From Candidatus Poseidoniia archaeon (GTDB lineage Archaea; Thermoplasmatota; Poseidoniia; MGIII; CG-Epi1): a stretch of DNA of 64,000 nucleotides. The notes below the pieces were generated by a model. The model made no database searches. It was not told where the DNA came from and was given only the letters and a program-made list of their open reading frames with translations. How positions within the stretch are numbered: position 1 is the first letter of the stretch; each line of letters begins with the position of its first letter. Location of the stretch: contig JASMLC010000005.1 of assembly GCA_030748895.1 (NCBI GenBank), positions 35,517-99,516 on the forward strand, given 5' to 3'. Shown here one piece after another: positions 59,989 through 64,000 of the stretch. A program made the position numbers and the translations under genes.

Positions 59989-60178
59989 TACTGTTTTGAG
60001 TATAGTGACTAACAAGTTGTCTTGTGACATATCAACCATCTTCCCTGGGTCTAATATAAAGAAAGTTCATAAATTAGTTTGTGAATAAATATAGTTTTTT
60101 CACAGAAAAGATTGCGCTTCACCACCGGCGGTCCAACTCATCCAGTGAATGCACCTCGACCTTTCCATCCATGATTAA

Positions 60179-61060
60179 GGCTATGCAACAGACCCGAACA
60201 AGTGGCTGGTCCTGGGTGGCCACTACGACGCCACCATCAGCAGTGACTCAGGCGCCTACGACAACGCCGTCGGCACCGCCACCGTGCTCGAGCTGGCGCG
60301 CTACTTCACACAGGAGGTAGCGGCGCAGCCGGAAGTCTCGCTGGTCTTCGGCGCGTGGGACTCGGAAGAGGAGGGCGGGCAGGGCGCGCAGCTGTTCGTC
60401 GAGTCGGCCCGCGGCAACGCGACCGTGCTGGCGAACCTGAATTTCGACATGTTCGGGCTCTCGTACCCGGTCCCGAACCGCGCCAGCCTCTCGCCGCTCT
60501 GCGATGAGGAATTTTTCAAGCTCTACCTCTACACCTCGCCAGTCGAGGACTTCTCCGGCTACGCCGACTACGAGTACGACAACCAGACTCGCGCCAACTT
60601 CTCGATGCTGCGCAAAGCCCTGGAGCAGGTCGCCTACGACTATCTGGAATTGCCGCCCGAATGGGTGCTCGCCATCGATGACACCGAGACCAACTCAGAC
60701 CAGGCCGCATTCATCCGCGTCGGCATCCCCGCCATCTGGTTCCGCGGCATGCACGAGTACGCCTGGCAGGAGGACGACGGCTGCGAGCAGACCTTCAAGC
60801 ACTTCTCGACCGACCGGCTCGAATCGCTCGAGCTCATCGCCGGCTCGCACGCCAACCTGCTGGCGGGATTCCAGACCGGCCTCGATATTGCGTCGGGGCT
60901 GGTAACAGAGCTGGCGTACGCGGACGCGCAGCCACCGGCTGCCGGCGACGACAGGGGCAGCGCCGGCCGGACAGTGCTGGCGCTGCTCGTTATCGCCGTC
61001 GCGGTCGCCGGAGTGGCGGTGCTGGTGCGCTGGCGGCAGGGGCGTCAGGCCAGCCCGTAA
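60179..61060 (+). pseudogene. 5'-truncated M28-family Zn aminopeptidase (C-terminal ~294 aa only) with C-terminal TM anchor
   Basis: Reading back from the annotated ORF, the frame gives GYATDPNKWLVLGGHYDATISSDSGAYDNAVGTATVLELARYF (M28 HxD / DN Zn-ligand motifs), then hits a stop at 60176-60178 exactly where GC content changes. No N-terminal region remains. Confidence 0.65.
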
Positions 61061-62535
61061 AGCGCCCCGAACTTCGCTTTCAGGTAACGCACGAAAGCCT
61101 CAGCCCCGGGCTCCGCGCCGCTGGCGCGCTGCACCAGCTCCTCCGGCTCCCAGCGGCTGCCGTGCTGGTGGATGTGGCTGCGCATCCATTCCAGCAGCGG
61201 CGCGGTCTCTCCACGCGATATCTGCTGCGGCAGGTCGGGCAGGTCACGCAGCGTGGCGTCCCACAGCTGCGCCGCGTAGAGATTGCCAAGGGTGTAGGTC
61301 GGGAAGTAGCCAATGGCGCCCATTGACCAGTGGATGTCCTGCAGGACGCCCTGCGCGTCGTTCGGGGGCGTGATACCGAGGTATTTCTCCATGCGCGAGT
61401 TCCAGAACTGCGGCAGGTCGCCTACCGGGACTTCGCCGTTGACCAGCGCCTTCTCGACCTCGTAGCGCAGCATGATGTGCAGGTTGTAGGTCGCCTCGTC
61501 GGCCTCGACCCGAATCAGCGACGGGTGGACGCGGTTCACCGCACGGTGGATGGTTTCCACATCGAGGTCGCCGACGTGCGGAAACGTCTCGCGGAAGTCA
61601 GGCAGCCAGTGCTCCCAGAACTCGCGGCTGCGGCCGACCAGGTTCTCCCACAGCCGTGACTGCGATTCATGCACTCCGAGCGACACCGCTTTGCCGAGCG
61701 GGGTGCCCTCGTGCTCCGCCAGCAGCCCCTGCTCGTAGAGTCCGTGGCCGGTCTCGTGCATCACGCCGTAGAGGCAGCCGAAGGGGAACGACTCGTCGTA
61801 GCGTGTCGTGAAGCGCACGTCGCGCGGGCCGGCGCCGGAGCAGAAGGGGTGCGTCGATGTATCCATGCGGCCGGCGTCGAAATCGAAGCCGATGGACGCC
61901 GCGACGCGCAGCGAAAACTCGCGCTGCCCCGCCTCGGGGAACGGCCCGCGCTCCATGAACGACATATCGGGCTGGTCGCAGCGGCCGATGGCCTTCACCA
62001 GCGGCACGATTTCCTCGCGCAGCCCGGCGAAGAGTGGGTCGAGCTGCGCGACCGTCATCCCCTGCTCGTAGTTGTCGAGCAGCGCGTCGTAGATGTTGTC
62101 GTCGTAGCCGTAGTGCTCCGCCGCCCGGCATTGCAGCTCGACCATCTTCTCGAGGGCAGGCTGGAACTTCGCGAAATCGTCTTCGGCGCGCGCCTCTTGC
62201 CATATTTGCAGCGCCAGCGACTTGTGCCGCGCGATTTCCTCGACCAGTTCGGCCGGCAGCTTCGTCGCCTTCTCCCAGGCGTGGCGCACCTCGCGCACGT
62301 TGGCCGCCTCTCCCTCGTCGAGCTCGGCGTCCGCGAGCTTCACGAGCAGCTCGCCCATCGCCGGATCGACCAGCCGCGCGTGCGCCAGCCCCGAGAGGAA
62401 CGCCAGCGACTCGGCACGCAGCTTCCCGCCCTTCGGCGGCATCATGGTTTCCTGGTCCCAGCCGAGCAGCCCGCCGATGCCCTCGATAGTCGAGAGCTCC
62501 TCCACGCGAGCGATGAAATCGTCGTAGACCGACAT
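61045..62535 (-). CDS. carboxypeptidase Taq (M32 family) metallopeptidase
   Basis: 496 aa; HETGHGLYEQG (HExxH) and GVHESQSRLWEN motifs characteristic of M32. Confidence 0.85.
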   Translation of the reverse strand: MSVYDDFIARVEELSTIEGIGGLLGWDQETMMPPKGGKLRAESLAFLSGLAHARLVDPAMGELLVKLADAELDEGEAANVREVRHAWEKATKLPAELVEEIARHKSLALQIWQEARAEDDFAKFQPALEKMVELQCRAAEHYGYDDNIYDALLDNYEQGMTVAQLDPLFAGLREEIVPLVKAIGRCDQPDMSFMERGPFPEAGQREFSLRVAASIGFDFDAGRMDTSTHPFCSGAGPRDVRFTTRYDESFPFGCLYGVMHETGHGLYEQGLLAEHEGTPLGKAVSLGVHESQSRLWENLVGRSREFWEHWLPDFRETFPHVGDLDVETIHRAVNRVHPSLIRVEADEATYNLHIMLRYEVEKALVNGEVPVGDLPQFWNSRMEKYLGITPPNDAQGVLQDIHWSMGAIGYFPTYTLGNLYAAQLWDATLRDLPDLPQQISRGETAPLLEWMRSHIHQHGSRWEPEELVQRASGAEPGAEAFVRYLKAKFGALYGLA

Positions 62536-62609
62536 GCTCCCGCTATTGGCCCGGAGATAAAGGGTTTGACGCGGGAAATCGTATTTGCGCCCGCGGCTAG
62601 TGGGGCGCG

Positions 62610-63995
62610 ATGCGGCAGTTGATTTTGCTGGCTACGCTATTGCTCTGGCTGGCGCCAGCTACGGCGGGCGAGCCGCCTGAGCAGGTGCATCTGGCGACGA
62701 ATGCCCTAGGCGACGGAATGGTTGTGCAGTGGGGCACCGCTGAAGCCACGACGCTGCTCTGCACCTCGTCCAGCGACATCGAATACGGCCTCGGACCGGA
62801 CAGCCTCAACCAGACCGCATCGGGTTCGTGGGAGATGTATGACTGGACCACCTGTATCCATACTGTCGAGCTGGCTGGCCTCGCTCCCAACAACACCTAC
62901 CACTACCGCGTCGGCGGCGACGGCGAGTGGAGCGACGTCGCCAGTTTCGTGACCGTGCCGCAGGGTAGCCGCCCGGTGCGTATCGGTGCCATCGCTGACC
63001 ATGGCATTTCCTCTGACGCCGAAGCGACAACGCAGAAAATGCGCGCCGCGAGCCTGGACCTAGTCATCCACGCCGGCGACATATCGTACGCTAACGACGT
63101 CGGCTCGGGGGGCGTAGCGGACCAGTCCCTCTGGGATGACTACCAGAACCAGATCCAGCCGCTGGCGGCAACGGTGCCGCACATGTATGCTCCCGGCAAC
63201 CACGAGGATGAGGCCTACTACGAGTTCGACGCGTATGAAACGCGGTTCTACACGTCAGGGTCGAACCCGTTCTGGTACAGCTTCAGTTTCGAGGGGATTC
63301 ACTTTATATCTCTGTCGTCGGAGCACGACTACGGGCCCGGCAGCCAGCAGTACAACTGGCTAGAGAGCGAACTCCAAGAGGTGGACCGCCAAGCGACGCC
63401 GTGGCTGGTGGTGTTCGCGCACCGGCCGATGTACAGCTCCAACTCGGCACACGGCAGCGAAGTTGATTTCCGTGACGCGATGGAAGAACTGCTCTACGAT
63501 TACGGCGTCGACCTCGCCGTCTGGGGGCACGACCACAGCTACGAACGCAGCTACCCCGTCTTCCAGGAAGAACCTCTCTCAAATTCTACTTCCAGCGCGA
63601 CGGAACCGTACCGCAACCCCGGCGCACCCATCCATGTCGTCGTCGGCACCGGTGGCCGCTCGCTCTACGACGAGTTCGAAGAACCACAGCCCGCTTGGTC
63701 CGCCTACCGCGAGGCATCCTACGGTTACTCGGTCTTCGAAGTTACCCCGCAAGGCGAGCTGCACTTCAGCTTCATCCGCAACTCCGACGGCGCGGTCGCC
63801 GACCAGTTCTGGATTTCGAAGGCGTCGTCGCCCGGTCCGGGCAGCGGCGACGGGAACGGCGACAACATGACCGACCCCGACGGCAACGCCAGTGACTCGA
63901 AAGCGGGATGGCAGCAGAAACTCGAGGATCTGCCCGGCCCCGGCCTGCCGGTCACGCTCAGCGTGATGTCAATCGCCGCACGGCGGCGGCGCTGA
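62610..63995 (+). CDS. secreted purple-acid-phosphatase-like metallophosphoesterase with C-terminal anchor
   Basis: Signal peptide; GDISY, GNHE, VVFAHRP, GHDHSYER metallophos motifs; ends PGPGLPVTLSVMSIAARRRR. Confidence 0.8.
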   Translation: MRQLILLATLLLWLAPATAGEPPEQVHLATNALGDGMVVQWGTAEATTLLCTSSSDIEYGLGPDSLNQTASGSWEMYDWTTCIHTVELAGLAPNNTYHYRVGGDGEWSDVASFVTVPQGSRPVRIGAIADHGISSDAEATTQKMRAASLDLVIHAGDISYANDVGSGGVADQSLWDDYQNQIQPLAATVPHMYAPGNHEDEAYYEFDAYETRFYTSGSNPFWYSFSFEGIHFISLSSEHDYGPGSQQYNWLESELQEVDRQATPWLVVFAHRPMYSSNSAHGSEVDFRDAMEELLYDYGVDLAVWGHDHSYERSYPVFQEEPLSNSTSSATEPYRNPGAPIHVVVGTGGRSLYDEFEEPQPAWSAYREASYGYSVFEVTPQGELHFSFIRNSDGAVADQFWISKASSPGPGSGDGNGDNMTDPDGNASDSKAGWQQKLEDLPGPGLPVTLSVMSIAARRRR

Positions 63996-64000
63996 CTACT

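Larger units (their letters stand above)
15604..60178. other. ~44.5 kb low-GC genomic island: anaerobic aromatic / aryl-CoA catabolic supercluster, tRNA-adjacent, all genes on + strand
   Basis: Abrupt GC drop immediately 3' of tRNA-Gln and a rise inside a truncated M28 peptidase gene at ~60,110-60,180. Contains about 39 co-directional genes, many with 1-8 nt overlaps. Confidence 0.75.

Noticed and set aside
59989-60180. Searched the right island boundary for a direct repeat of the tRNA-Gln 3' end (attR) and for an integrase near either end
   Set aside because: No match to ...TTCGAATCCGGGCGGGGCTACCA or its complement was found. No tyrosine/serine recombinase-sized ORF exists in 15.6-16.1 kb or 59.9-60.2 kb. 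So the element cannot be called a classic integrative island; chimeric assembly remains an alternative.
1-64000. CRISPR arrays, rRNA genes, transposases/IS elements, phage or conjugation genes
   Set aside because: No regularly spaced direct repeats, no rRNA-like stretches, and no transposase/integrase/relaxase-like ORFs were seen in any frame.

Overview
The window has three compositionally distinct parts. (1) About 1-15,600 and about 60,180-64,000 are high-GC (by eye roughly 65-70% GC) chromosomal flanks. Their genes look archaeal: a stand-alone GMP synthase ATP-pyrophosphatase subunit (GuaAb-type), a long archaeal/eukaryal-type IleRS, a beta-CASP/MBL nuclease, two CCA-bearing tRNAs with box-A-like TATA elements, and several secreted proteins and peptidases ending in 'hydrophobic helix + Arg-rich tail' anchors. 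(2) Between them lies a roughly 44.5 kb low-GC block (by eye roughly 40-45% GC; 15,604-60,178). It starts immediately after tRNA-Gln(TTG) and ends inside an M28 peptidase gene that it truncates. It holds about 39 tightly packed, strictly co-directional (+ strand) genes, with no integrase, regulator or transporter. Together they encode a near-complete anaerobic aromatic-compound/aryl-amino-acid catabolic system. The components are: a bcrCBAD-ordered ATP-dependent benzoyl-CoA-reductase-like module; a second 2-hydroxyacyl-CoA-dehydratase-like pair with a CoA ligase, a PanE-like 2-oxoacid reductase and an activase; a Had(Zn-ADH)/Oah-like/Dch-like lower benzoyl-CoA pathway; beta-oxidation enzymes; two XDH/CODH-family Mo-hydroxylases with an HcrB-like FAD/[4Fe-4S] subunit plus XdhC/MocA maturation genes; a tungsten AOR with ferredoxin; a fused IorAB; a split B12 acyl-CoA mutase; a CoA-transferase; and a hydantoinase A/B pair with a small Cys/His subunit (acetone/acetophenone-carboxylase-like). 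A PanD + class-I aminotransferase cassette is flanked by a perfect 39-bp direct repeat. (3) The flanks also contain an AlkB-like pseudogene, a lower-GC ZIP transporter gene, and a nonsense-interrupted surface protein. Main caveat: no attR or integrase was found, so chimeric assembly at the two GC junctions must be excluded experimentally.
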